Source of the DNA: the human T2T-CHM13v2.0 reference genome, Homo sapiens
Assembly: GCF_009914755.1 (NCBI RefSeq)
Contig: NC_060926.1
Reading direction: 5' to 3' (one strand)
DNA: 64,000 nucleotides
The notes beneath the pieces were generated by a model. That model saw only the letters and a list, made by a program, of their open reading frames with translations, did no database searches and had not been told where the DNA came from. Positions within the stretch are counted from its first letter, which is position 1; the number at the start of each line of letters is the position of its first letter. Shown in pieces: positions 30,191-44,838 of the stretch. The translations under genes and the position numbers were made by a program.

Positions 30191-33100
30191 TTAAAAGTAA
30201 TGATTTATAAATTTCCCAGACCCGGGTTATACTTTTATATGGAAACATAATGCCTGAATCTGACAGAGCGCTTTTTCATGGAGGAAAGTTGGGACTCTTG
30301 GGCAGACTTCCTGTTGCTTTCGTACTCTACAGGTGTTCCTGACCCTGGTATGTATACAGCCATCTCCGCCCTACCTACTTACTTCCTTCCCCCAGAACTT
30401 CCTAAAGTGGTTAGGAACAATTGTTGTGAAGGTCACAGCAGACCATTTCTGTGAATGCGAGATGTGTTGGTGCAATTTGAAAAGGTCAATTTGATTGACG
30501 CCTGAGCCACAGTGATAACCCAAGGCAGCAGCCCTGTCACTGCTAGCTCCCAACAGTGGTGGCATCTGCAGCCTCGAGCAAAGAGATTGTTTAAACTGAT
30601 GGAGGGGAAGCTTTAGTTCTTATTTCTGGGAGATTGAGTGGCACCAGGAGAAAGGCTGATCACTAGTTGCAACTTCCTCTGTATTTACAATAGCGTTTGC
30701 TGCTAGTTTAGCTGTGTTTAGACTAAAGGTGGGGGCAAAAATTACCCTTCCTCTAAAGCTATGAACCCTGACCTCTCAGTCTAGAGAGAGATGGACTCTG
30801 GATATGTGGACAGGCTCTGCGAGATTCTTCCTGACAAGGGCTGTATGAGCCGGCTTTCAGAAGGAACTTATTCATGACGGTGGATCACTATTCAGAGAGA
30901 CACACTCTTTCTCAAAGAAATGACAGGGGCAGCAGGGACCACATTAAGTTTTGATAGGGTCCTGCAGCTGTTGGGGCAAAAGGGTCTGCCTTGGCCTCTG
31001 GGGGTCTCTGCACTGCAGAACTGCAGTGGATGTACAGGGATTGCCGGGGGTTGCAGAAGGATTTTGCGATATGCATTCATGTCAGCTTCAAAGTGCCCAA
31101 AATGAGCGTGAAAATGCTGTCAGAAAGGCAGTTATTGCTACCTGAAGTCCCTGTTGGAACAAAGTGCAAATTAAATACTGGTAAAAGAAAACAAAGCAGA
31201 TCATTGTTGTGTAGCAAATGTCACTGTCCTGTGTACCTATCTGGCCTACTGGCTGACTCCAGGAGGTGGGAGGTGCGACTGCATGGAGCCACGTTCGGCC
31301 TCCTACCTTCAAAGCTGGTTACATCTCTGAATGGGGAGCTGGTGAGAAAGAGCTCTCCTTGATAAAACATCATTTTTGCCCTTCCCAATCTATTCTTTCC
31401 TTTTCTGTTTTCTAGGAAGAAGAGGATTTATCTGACTCAACTGGAGATGGCTCCCTTCCCTTATTTATTGTTGCATCCTGAAGCTTCCCCCATGCTGGGC
31501 TCAGTGTGAACAAACAGCGCGGGAGAATGCAACCACTGCAGAGGTACAAGTTCACAGAGGCAGAGCCGCCCCTCGACTGGGCCAGAGGCAAAGACAAACC
31601 CCAAACTCTTTCTTGTCATTCATTGAATTTTGCTGAACCTGGAAAGGAAATAAATTCCAAAGGCAGGAAGTGACCCAGAGACCATAACAATATGTGAAAA
31701 GCTTAGCCGGTGCTTCCGCCCCTTTGTTTCAAACTACTCTAATCTGTGTCCCAGGAAGCCTAGCCCATGGCCAGATGGAGATCTGTTTGCAGATGCCTCC
31801 TGGCATCTGCCACTCCCGGCTGGTGACATTTGCACATTTCAGAAGGCAAACCTGTCCCAACATCTTCAAACTTCCAGAGAGGTGTAGCACCAGGAAAGTC
31901 CTTGGGTCTCTGGCTGTCAGCACCAACCAGCTGATTTGCTTCATCTGCAGCTGAACTGCTGCTGGACTCCAGCCTAGAACACTAGTGCACACCGGGTCTG
32001 TTCTTGAAGATTTGCAGATTCTGAAATCAAAATGCCCTGTGTTGCCAGAAAAGGCTGGCTCCCTTGCCTGCTTCATAATCCCTTCTCACCAGGCTTTCCT
32101 AAAGAAACTCAATGAGTCAGGAAGGAAGAAAACATGTCTGAGGGAGATCTGGAGGTGGGCCGTTCTCTATCATTGCTTCTGAAAATTCCCTTCTGTTTTG
32201 CAATGTGGGTAATGTTTAGGGATTTGCTTTTAGTTTTTCTCTGTTTCTTCCTCTGTCAGCTCTCACTTTGAGAGACCCTTCATTTACCACTCATGAAATT
32301 AGCTCTGCAATCGCAGGAGGCTCTCTGATGGGGAATTAGTCACTGTTGCAAAAAAGTTTAGACTTTACTTTCATCCCCAGGAGCAGGGCAAGAAATTGTT
32401 CCCACCCTGCTCTCAGAAGGAACCATCACTCAACTGCTCTGCTCTGCTCTGGCTCTGGGGCCTGTACTTTTCCTAGGCTTTTAATTTTTACTGCGTACCT
32501 TCCATCAGCCTTCTTACTGAAGGCTGTATGCCAGCTGATGTCTATGCACAGCAAGGTGGCTTCTGGGACACCTGCTTCAAACAGGTATCCAGCTAACTGC
32601 TCCCCACCAAACCCCACCAGGTAATTGGAAAGGAACTTGGAGTTGAGTGAATACCTGTTTCAAAATGTTAAGTAGATCAAAGTGTAAAGAATCCAATATA
32701 TTTGTTGACAACTGATTTATAGAAAACCCCAGCAAGAAAGAAGGGAGAGGTTCAGCCTCAGGCTGGTGAAAATGAGATCGTGGGTAGGGCACCACTGTAC
32801 AGCATTCTGGCATCAGACCTCTGTCCTAAGGTGCGAAGTCACTCTGTGCTACTATCTGAAATTGTGTTCTGTTTATTATGAAAGAGGTTTTCAAAAGTGT
32901 TTTGATAAGCTTGGATTTATCTCTGGAAAGGCAATATGGTCTCCATTACAAGACAGGAGCTTAATATCAGAGACAGGTTGTATCAATGTATGTAGCTGCT
33001 AGTAAATAGTAGATAAAAGAAGCTTCAGAAAGGTCGGGGGAGGGAGTCTTTTCTTGTTAGGAAGGAACAATCTTGCAGGGGATGTGAGAGATTTTCTCTT

Positions 33101-33829
33101 TCTCCTTTCCTCTGCCTATGGAAAATCAAACAGGAGAAAGCTAGAAATATGAGACAGAGAGAAGTAATTTCTCCAACTATTGACACTGGCCAAACAAGAT
33201 AAATAGTTCATATTCTGATGATGATGACAACAGTTATGATGAGAAGATATTGACCCAGAGGAAGAAAACAAAGGCTTTTGATTTCAAGTTGTGTGTAAGC
33301 CCCAAAGAATTGTTGTCAGAGTCACTTTTATGATCTATGGGACTTTTGGCTACAATTATAAGAATTTAGCGTGAGTGAAATAAATATAATTGGTCAGAAA
33401 AATCAGTATTAGATTAAGACACGATTGAAAATGGTTAACCATTAGTAAGAAGTATACCAAATTACACGTATTTTTGTGCTTCTTTCAGTCTTGATCTAAT
33501 TATCTGTTAAAAAGTAACATAGTTAAGAACTGTATTCTGGTTTAAATATAACACAAAGCAAAATATTTTATTGTGCTCTCTTAGGCATATGTTTGAGATA
33601 CCTGGCCACTGGAGGTCATCTCGTCTACTATATTCACCGCAGATAAAGAATGAAAAGAGAATACACAACCTTGTGATTGCTAGCAGTGAAAGCTCAGAGT
33701 TATGACATAACAGTAAGTGTTATATTCTACATAACCTTAGGTTTAACAGAGGTAGTTACTAGATACTTAAAGAACATGCTTTTATTTTGCACAAGAGAAA
33801 ATGGAATTAAAAATGGGAAAAGAATAGAG

Positions 33830-34611
<782 letters not shown>

Positions 34612-34809
34612 GAATTAGAGCAATACAAAGGTAGATTTTAATGGTTCAGGCTCATTGGTCAGAATTAGAAAGTGGTTAGATCCTCCTCTCCCCACACCAG
34701 CCAGGACACTGCTCCCAGGATTTTTCCCTGTTCCCATATGAAATAAGCAATCTTAGTCTAAATTTTTAAATTAATACAACCATTTGGTAGACTATTAAAA
34801 GTTATATGA

Positions 34810-35486
34810 CACAAAGCTTCTCAAAATATCTCCAATGCAGGACTTTTTTTTTTCTTTTTAATTTTTTAATCTGTCATGGACTACATGATGGTTAATTTTA
34901 TGCACCAACTTATCTGGACTACAGTGCCCAGATATTTGGTCAAATGTTATTCTGGATATTTCTGTGAAGGTGGTTTTTGGATGAGATTCATGTTTAAATC
35001 AGTAGACTTTGAGTAAAGCTGATTATGATTCATAATGTGGATGGGCCTCATCTAATCAGTTGAAGGCCTTAAGAGAACAGAGACTGACCTCCTCTGAGCA
35101 AGAAGGAATTCTATCAGTAGTCTGCCTTTGAACTCTGCATCTCTTCCCTGAATCTCCAGCCTGCTGGTCTACCCCATCCGATTTCTTTGGATTTTGGTTC
35201 CACAATTACATGAGCCAATTCCTTAAAATAAATCCCTATCTATACATATACACACACACACATATCCTGTTGGCTCTGTTTCTCTGGAGAATCCTAATAC
35301 AGACTGATGCTTTAAAAAAATGTGATAAAAATGAACTTCTAGGAAAAGAATCATATGCTTAAATATTTCAGAAATGTCAAATTGTTATAAAGTTTCTAAA
35401 TGCTTGCTTCCATTTTCTATATTTAGCTTTAGCTTGTCTATGATTGGTAATAAAAGGTTTGTGGAACACACTTTAAGTAGCACTGA
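34810..35486 (-). mobile_element. hAT-Charlie relic (MER112/113-like) split by an MLT2 LTR
   Basis: GCTTCTCAAA at left end; CACACTTTAAGTAGCACTG at right end; ATGTCAAATTGTTATAAAGTTTCTAAA. Confidence 0.5.
34886..35301 (+). mobile_element. MLT2 (C/D-like) solo LTR
   Basis: TGATGGTTAATTTTATG..GGGCCTCATCTAATCAGTTGAAGGCC..CTGTTTCTCTGGAGAATCCTAATACA. Confidence 0.88.
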
Positions 35487-35727
35487 TCTCATAAAAATGG
35501 AAATATATGCATATACCTATCTATATTTATATCTATGTACATACATTTATTTACTTTTAACTTGAAACTAATTTTAAATTGATAGAAAAGTTGCAAAACT
35601 AGTACAGAGTATTCCCATATATTGTCTTCCTCAAGTTCCCCAGTTTTAATATCTGTATAACTATAGTATAATTTTCAAAACTAAGAAACTTAACGTTAGT
35701 ATAATACTATTAACTAAACTAAAATCC

Positions 35728-37967
35728 TGTATTAATCTGTTCTCACATTGCTATAAAGAACTACCTGAGACTAGGTATAAAGGAAAGAGGTTTAATTGAT
35801 TCACAGTTCTGCATGCTATATAGGAAGCATGGCTGGGGAGGCCTCAGGAAACTTAACAATCATGTCAGAAGGTGAAGGGGAAGCAGGCACATCTTACATG
35901 GCTGGAGAAGGGGGGGAAGAAAGAGTGGAGGGGGAGGTGCTACACACTTTTAAACAAACAGATCTTGTGAGAACTCACTCACTATTATGAGAATGGCAAG
36001 GGGGAAGTCTGTCCCCATGATCTAATCACCCTCCCACAAGACCCCTCCTCCAACATCGGGAATTACAATTTGACATGAGATTTGGGTGAGGACTCAAATC
36101 CAAACCATATCATTCCACCCCTGTCAATCCCAAATCTCATGTCTTTCTCAGATTTCAAAACACAATCATCCCTTCTCAACAGTCCCCCCTAAATCTTAAC
36201 TCATTTCAGCATTAAGTCAAAAGTCCACAGCCCAAAGTCTCATCTGAGGCAAGGCAAGTCCCTTTTGCCCATGAGCCTGTAAAATTAAAAAGAAAAAGTT
36301 AGTTACTTCCAAGATACAATGGGAGTATAGGCATTGGGTAAATACACCCACTCTAAAAGTAGAACTCAGCCGGAACAAAGGGGCTACAGGTCCCATACAA
36401 GTCCAAAACCCAGCAGGGCAGTTATTAAAGCTCCAAAATGATCTCTTTTGACTCCATGTCTCATATCTAGGCCACATTGATGCAAGGGGTGAGCTTCCAA
36501 GGCCTTGGGCAGCTCTGCCTCTGAGGCTCTGCAGGATACAGCCCCTTTGTCTGACTTCCTGGGCTGGCATTGAGTGCCTGTGGGTTTTCCAGGCACATGG
36601 TGCAAGCTGTTGGTAGATCTACCATTCTGGGATCTGGAGGACAGTTACCCTCTTTTCACAGTTCCAGTAGGCAGTGCCCCAGTGGGGACTCTGTGTTGGG
36701 GCTCCAACCCTACATTTCCCTCCTGAACTGCTCTAGTAGAGATTCTTCATGAGGGCTCTGCCCCTGTGACATACTTTTGCCTGGACATCCAGGTCTTTCC
36801 GTGCATCCTCTGAAATCTAGGCAGAGGCTTCCGAGCCTCAACTCTTACCCTCTCTGCACCTGCAGGCTTAATACCACATGGAAGCTGCCTAGGCTTATGG
36901 CTTGTACCCTCTGGAGCAGTGGCCTGAGACATATCTTGGGCCCTTTTAGCCATGGCTAGAGCTGGAGTGGCTGAGACACATGGAGCAGTGTCCTGAGATT
37001 GCTCAGGGTTTGAGCAACTTTGTTCAACCAAGGTTACTCAAACTTTTCTGGGCCAGGTCCAGAAAACCATTCTTCCCTCCTAGACCTCTGGGCCTGTTAT
37101 GGGAGGGGCTGCCACAAAGGTCTCTGAAATGCCTTCTAGGCATTTTTCCCATTGTTTTGGCTGTTAACATTCGGCTCCTTTTTACTTATGCAAGTTTCTG
37201 CAGCTGGCTTGAATTCCTACATAGAAAAATGGGTTTTTCTTTTCTACCACATGGCTGGGCTGCAAATTTTCCAAACTTTTATGCTCTGCTTCCCTTTGAA
37301 ATATAAATTCCACCAACCTCTTTGCTAATGTGTAACAAAAGTGACCTTTGCTCCATTTCCCAGTAAGTTCCTCATCTGCATCTGAAACCACCTCAGCCTG
37401 GACTTTATTGTTCATATCGCTATCAACGTTTCAGTCACAGCAATTCAACAAGTCTCTAGGAAGTTCCAAACTTTCCCTGATCTTCTGGTCTTCGTCTGAG
37501 CCCTCCAAACTGTTTCAACCTCTGCCCATTACCCAGTTCCAAAGTCACTTCCACATTTTCAGGTATCTTTATAACAATATCCCACTCTTTTTCTGTATTA
37601 GTCCATTCTTGCATTGCTATAAAGAACTACCTGAGTCTGGGTAAAGAAGCTTAATTGACTCACAGTTCTGCAGGCTGTACAGGAAGCATCGCTGTGGAGG
37701 CCTTGAGAAACTTTTAATCATGGCAGAAGGTGAAGGGGAAGCAGGCACATCTTACATGGCTGGAGAAGGGGGAAGACAGAGCAAAGTGGGGGTGCTACGT
37801 ACTTTTAAACAACCAGATCTTGTGAGCACTCATTCACTATCATGAGAACAGCAAGGGGGAGGTCTGTCTCCATTGATCCAGTTACCTGCCACCAAGCCCC
37901 TCCTCCAACACTGGGGATTACAATCCAATGTGAGATTTGGGTGAGGACACAAATCCAAATCATATCA
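35728..37967 (-). mobile_element. Complete MSTA element: LTR 35728-36112, internal 36113-37593, LTR 37594-37967, inserted in an old L1M
   Basis: Two direct-repeat LTRs (TGTATTA...CATATCA) around THE1/MST-type internal sequence; L1M resumes at TATTCAGATTTCACC. Confidence 0.92.
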
Positions 37968-38439
37968 GACCCTATTCAGATTTCACCAGATATATCTTAA
38001 ATAGTGAAGTCACAGCTCTAGGATGTGCAAATTTGGTAGGCACTGGGCTAGAAAATTGTTGCAGAATGAGTTGAACCACTGCTTTGTTTTATTTGTAGAT
38101 AAGCTAGCTGAAAACTAGAAATGTTTGTCAGTGATTGTGAACTGTTCTATAGAAGAAAATAAAAATCATCAACCTCAATTAAAAACATCTCACACATATT
38201 GATTGAGCCAATACCATAGCTACTAAGCATGCCTTTTATTACTGCCAGAAATAACAAATTCTTTTGTATCTGGACACATTACTCCCTTAATGACAGACCG
38301 TATAGAAAAGTGATTCTTGGACATGTATCTGAAATGTCATGCATTTTTGGCCAAGCCACTCTTTCTCATCTCTTCTGTGCAGTTTGAGCTTCCACAGGTT
38401 GAACCCAGCTCTGGCTTTTTGGGCCCTTTCTGTAGTGAC

Positions 38440-38625
38440 TATGCAGATTTCTATCATGGTACCTGTAACACTTTGTTGCTATAACTGGTGTGGATGCCTG
38501 CTAAACTATGAGGAACTCGTGGGCCTGGCTCTGTCTTAGTTGCCCTGGTATTTCAGTGCCTGGCATAATGCCTTAGGCATAGCAGGCAGGAACACATGCT
38601 CAATGAAGAAATGAATGAATAAATT
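38440..38625 (+). mobile_element. L2 3' fragment
   Basis: CAGTGCCTGGCATA..GCTCAATGAAGAAATGAATGAAT. Confidence 0.6.
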
Positions 38626-41378
38626 TAACATATGATAAGTTCACATTTTTTTTTCCTACTTGATCTCATTGGGAAAAGAGCCTATAACTTTAAATTATTC
38701 CAGTGAATAAGACAATGTTGGGTGTGTATTAAAGAGGAAAATCTTTCAAGGGCTTTGTGTTTGAGAAACAGACTTTGAATGCCAGTTGTGACTTAACAGC
38801 TGAATGAAGACTATCACTTTTACAAATAGCATACATGTATGGGTGCTGACTCACTTTATTCAGTAGACACAATGTACTCCTTAGGTAATTTGATCCATCT
38901 CAGTAAAATCTGCCTTCTACCCAGACTGAATGGTTGTGGTTCGTTATCATTATTATTCAGCATTGCTACAGTTTGTGTTTTCAAAGTACTGTGTTCCCCA
39001 TTTTTAATGAGCTAGGCAGATGATAGGTAATGAAAGGGGTTTTAGCTAGTCTCACATGTAGCTGGTGTTCAATCAATTTTTGATGACTGCTTAATCACTG
39101 AGGTTAATTGGGGACGGGCTGGTGTAAACTCATGGGAAGAAAGGCTCTCCAACTTTTCCATGGACGGAGGAGGTGTGGGAGTGGAGAGAGGAGAAGCTGG
39201 GAAAGACTATGAAGATGGAAGAGGGAAGGAAGTAGGAATTCCTTCTGATAGGAGTGGAGCAGGCTTCTGAGTCTCTGACCCACTTCAGCAAACCTCAGGG
39301 CCCTCTGGGGCACATCATGTTCATTTGCCCTGTGAAGGAGTAGATTCTTTGGGGTTGGAGCTACTACTTCTTAAGAACAAGTTGTTTAGGGACTACTTTT
39401 ATAAGTTTTGTGGTCATGTTTTAGCATTCTACTAACGCTTTTCATATCACTGATTCTAAAGCTGAAAAAAAAAAAAAAAACCATGCCAAAACAAATTTAT
39501 AGGAATTCAGGATATCAAAGCTGAATAATGATTTATTCTCATAGGAGGTATTGCAATTAGGGACAAGAAAACTGTTGATCCTAAGGGTCCCTAGTGGCAG
39601 GACAGACTGAATATACAGTTGAGACATGGAGAGAGGGATAATTTAACTTCTCTTCCTTGGAAAATCCATCTCCTCCTTGAAGCCCTGCTCAGTGTCTTGC
39701 TCTGGCCCTGTCAACTGAGAGATGAGAAATGTTTTGAGTTTGGGGACTGGGAGTGAGTGTTGTCGGCTTAAAAAAGAATAACGTATTAGATTTGTGTTAA
39801 GTGCTCCGTAAACCCTTCCTACCCCCTTTAAAAAATGGTCAGATGATATTTGTATATTTTGGTATTATTGGGCAATGACCACAAATATTTGTCTGGAACA
39901 CAACTTGGAGAGAAGAAAAGTTGCGAAGACAAAAATATAAGCCCTTGCCAGCCATTGGGTTGGCTGGGGAAGTGTGGAAAAGCTCAGGGAAATGTCCTGC
40001 CATACACTCTAATTCCTACGTCATCATGGGCCTGGCAGGCCCAGCTAGCCTGGGGCCATACATGAAGGCCAGTGGAGAGGTAAATTCAGCAGGCTGGAGC
40101 TCCCAGCAAAGCAGCAAAGCTGATTTGTCTCATCCTAGGTAGAAGCTTAAATCCAGTTGCCATAGAGTATTTTGAGGATTAAATGAGCTAATGTCTGCAA
40201 AAGCAACCTACACAGAGCCTGGCACCCAGAAGATACTCAAACAAAGTAGATTTTCTTCCTTGCTGTGACTTCACAAGGGATTGTGGGTGTCTCAGGACAC
40301 TGTGTCTCAGTTAATGGCTTTATGCCATGTGGGCATTCTACCTTTTTGAAGACACTGGAAACTTGGACCGAAACCAACTCCAAATTCTTCATTCTGGGTG
40401 AGATGAGCCCCAGCTAGAGATGCAGCTCAGTTTCCTCATTTGCAAAATAGAATGGTGTGGGGAAGTTATTTTGTGTCCTTGAATAAGGCAACATGGTTCA
40501 TATCATTTCCTCAGAGAGTGGCTGGTCTGGATTTCAACTCAGAAGAGGTCTGTGGGAAATCACATGGGGCTGCTGCAATTTCTATTTTGGGCAGAGACCT
40601 TATCTCTGAGATATCCGAGCTGGGATTTCTTTAGTGATACCTTACCAACTTCTCACAAATACTTCACTCGGAACCCTAAACCTGGGGAGCACCACGGAGT
40701 CTTTGACCCCAACTGCTTCACTCTCCATCAGTATTTGCATAATGTCAACACAGTTCTCACCATTTGTGACCACCTTTTGACCAGGCAATTCTACCTGCCT
40801 CATGTCCCTAGCCAAAAGGCTAGTCCCCTTTGTCATCTATTCTTTTTCAGTTCCTTGCCCATGTACTGCACTCTCACTCTCTCATTATGTTTTCATGTTT
40901 AATCTCTGCTTCTCAACTGGATTCTGTTTGCCAGATTTAAAGTGTACACAAGGCTCCCACTGGCGGGTGGGGTGGGGGAGTGGAGATAACTCTACCCCAA
41001 GCATACCTTCCCCTCAAGCTTTCATATTCTCTTCTCCCCTTTACAGAGACTTCTAGAGAGAACATCTATACTTGTTGACTCTTTTTACTTCCTGCTCACT
41101 CCTTAGGTCACTGCCAGGCTGGCTCCTACCTCATGAGCTCGACAAACAGCTTGTGCCAGGGTCACTCACCTTCCTTCACATCTCAGCAGTGGTCAACACT
41201 GTTGACTGTCCCTCCTCCTCGAAACACTGTATTTTTTTGTCTTCAGTGACGCAAGGCTCTTTTGTTTACCTTCATCTTCTCTGACTGCTCATTTTCTATC
41301 TCTTTTGCAGTCTTATCCTATGCTCCCCGGGTCAATACATATTAAAATACTCAAGGCCCAGTCCTAGATAGTCTTGTC

Positions 41379-41667
41379 TTTTTTTGTTTGTTTGTTTTGA
41401 TATGGAGTCTGGCTCTGTCACCCAGGCTGGAGTGCAGGCTCACTGCAATCTCTGCCTCCTGGGTTCAAGCGATTCTCCTGCCTCATCCTCCTGAGTAGCT
41501 GGGATTACAGGTGCATGCCACCACGCCTGGCTAATTTTTATATTTTTAGTAGAGATGGGGTTTCACCATGTTGGCTAGGCTGTTCTCAAACTCCTGACCT
41601 CAAGTGATCTGCCCACCTCAGCCTCCCAAAGTGCTGGGATTATAGGTGTGAGCCACTGCACTTGGCC
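41379..41667 (-). mobile_element. AluS (Sz/Sx-like) with short deletion
   Basis: Antisense dimer; GAGTGCAG|GCTCAC junction. Confidence 0.92.
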
Positions 41668-42195
41668 GTCTTCTTTTCTTATTCTATACTTCGTTCATGG
41701 CAAAAATGTTTCTCCAGCCCAGGTCTCTTCTTTGAGCTTTAGATCCATGTATCCAATTTCCTACCTAATACTTTCATCTGGAAGTTTCACATGCATCTAA
41801 AACACAACATAGCCAAAACCAAACTCTTGATTAATCCAAAACCTTTTGCTGTTCCCTATGTCACCCGCATTGTTAAGCAGGCCAGAACTTGGAGTCACCA
41901 TGACCTTTCCCTCTGCCTTACCCTTCACATTCAATTTTGCTTCCTAAACCTCTTTGAATCTGTACTTTTTTCCCTACTTCCACTCCCACTATCCTAGTCT
42001 AAGCTACCTTTACCTCTTCCTGGATAACCTTAAAAGCCTCTTTATTGGTCTATCTGCCACTGTTTTGACCTCCACCTCCCACAATGTATGCTGAGTGAGT
42101 TCTTCATCTGATTTTCATGTCTTCCCTGAGATGTTTAAAATGTTTGCATGCCCTCCCATGATTTTAGGATGCAACATTCCTTAACATGACCATAG

Positions 42196-42574
<379 letters not shown>

Positions 42575-42930
42575 TCTTTCAGTTCTTTTTACCTGCCACG
42601 CTTCCTCTCACCAACTGCTCTTTGTCCAGAATGCACTTACTTCTGTAAGTTTCACCCTTTCTTCAAATCTCAGCTCAGTTATGGCTTCCTCAGGGCTGTC
42701 TTTCTTGACCTCTCTGACCAGGGCAACTCTCTACCATATGGCCCTGGGTACTTCTCCTTCAGGTGCTGATCACAACTGTCATTTTATGTTTCTTGGTGTC
42801 ATTTTTTGGTTGAAATATATTTCCCACTGAATATAGACTCCATTAGGGCAGGAACTGTGCCTGGTTTCCGGGGCTTAGAACCAGTACAGTGCCTAGTGCA
42901 TAGTAAGTGCTCAGTAAATGCATTTGTTGA

Positions 42931-43346
<416 letters not shown>

Positions 43347-43659
43347 AAATCATGGATTTGGTTTATATGTCCAGTGCCACCACTGGGCCTGCTTCCTATT
43401 CTGGGTAATGAAATGTATGAGATGCTGAGTAGCTTTTGGACACTTCCTTTGTAATATATTTTGCTCTCCTGCAATAATTTTGTTATTATCAGGGTTCTAT
43501 TCAGGAGTACAGGCTTAGGTAATAAGACAGTGCCACCTGAGGAAGGGTGCTCCTTGACTTAGAACAATAAGATAATGAAATTGGAGGTAACTTTTGGTAA
43601 TCCTTTAGTCTAGTTTCTCAAGCAAGGCAGAGATTCTTTATGTACCACTTCTGACAGAT

Positions 43660-43885
43660 GATAATAATGTTTATTGAGCATAGTCCAGTTATTGTCTTAA
43701 GGATATTGATACAGATGAATCCTTTTAATCCTTAGCGACCATATGGACAAATACAGTTACTATCATGCCCTTTTTATAGCTGACGAAATAGTGGAATGCC
43801 TCATCTAAGACCATGCCTCGTCTAAGTCAGTAGCATAGCCAAGGTGCAAGCCCAGGCAGTTTGGCAGAGCCAGAGATTTTCACTG
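43660..43885 (-). mobile_element. MIR
   Basis: AATGTTTATTGAGCA..TTTAATCCTTAGCGACC..TTTTATAGCTGACGAAA. Confidence 0.6.
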
Positions 43886-44000
43886 CTATGCTATGCTATG
43901 CTGTGCTGTGCTGTGCTGTGCTGTGCTGTGCTGTGCTGTGCTGTGCTGTGCTGTGCTATGCTATGCTATGCTATGCTATGCTATGCTATGCTATGATATG
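43886..44000. repeat. (CTATG)3(CTGTG)11(CTATG)8 compound pentanucleotide repeat
   Basis: Units counted directly. Confidence 0.97.
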
Positions 44001-44466
44001 CCACTTCTGTAGTTAGCCAACGGTTATGTAAACACTTCCAGGGATGGGAACCCACTCGATGGTGAGCTGAGTACTTAGGCTAAAATTGTCTCCTATAACT
44101 TCAAGCCGTTTTCCCTAGTTTCAGCCTCTAAAACTATATGAAATAGCCTGCTCCAATGTCCATAGGACAGTTATTAAAATAGGACAGTTATTAAAATACT
44201 TTCAAATTCTAAGAGTAGTTTTTCTGTTCATAAAAATAACATATGTGAAAATTTGGAAAATCCAGAAAAGTATAAAGAAGATAAGAACCCTTGATAAACT
44301 GGGAGAAAATAAGTATTAACTGCCAAGAGTCTATTAGCTTTTTGTTATAATTTTTAACATTCATATTTCATTAATGGCCCATATAAAATCTGTGGCCTAC
44401 CAAAACACCTAGTTCTCTGTCAGATGACCTTCCATCAAGCCAGATTTTGTCTCTATATAAAATTCT

Positions 44467-44838
44467 CTCTCTCTGTCTTTTTGTTTGAGACAGAGTCTTA
44501 CAGGCTGAGTGGTCTTTAAATCATGGATTTGGTTTATACATCCTGATACAAAGACAGAGTCTTATAGACAGGGTCTTACAGTCTTACAGGCTGGAGTGCA
44601 GTGGTGCAATCTTGGCTCACTGCAACCTTCATCCCCCAGGTTCATGCAATTCTCCTGCCTCCTGAGTAACTGGGACTACAGGCGTGCACCACTATGCCTG
44701 GCTAATTTTTGTATTTTTAATAGAGATGGGGTTTTGCAATGTTGGCCAGGCTGGTCTCGAACTCTTTGCCTCAAGTGATCTGCCTTCCTCGGCCTCCCAA
44801 AGTGCTGGATTTACAGGTGTGCACCACTGTGACCAACC
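44467..44838 (-). mobile_element. AluS containing a complex templated insertion
   Basis: TSD ATAAAATTCT at 44457 and 44839; non-Alu sequence at ~44507-44551. Confidence 0.9.

Noticed and set aside
36217-37644. Cluster of ORFs
   Set aside because: Broken frames within MST internal sequence
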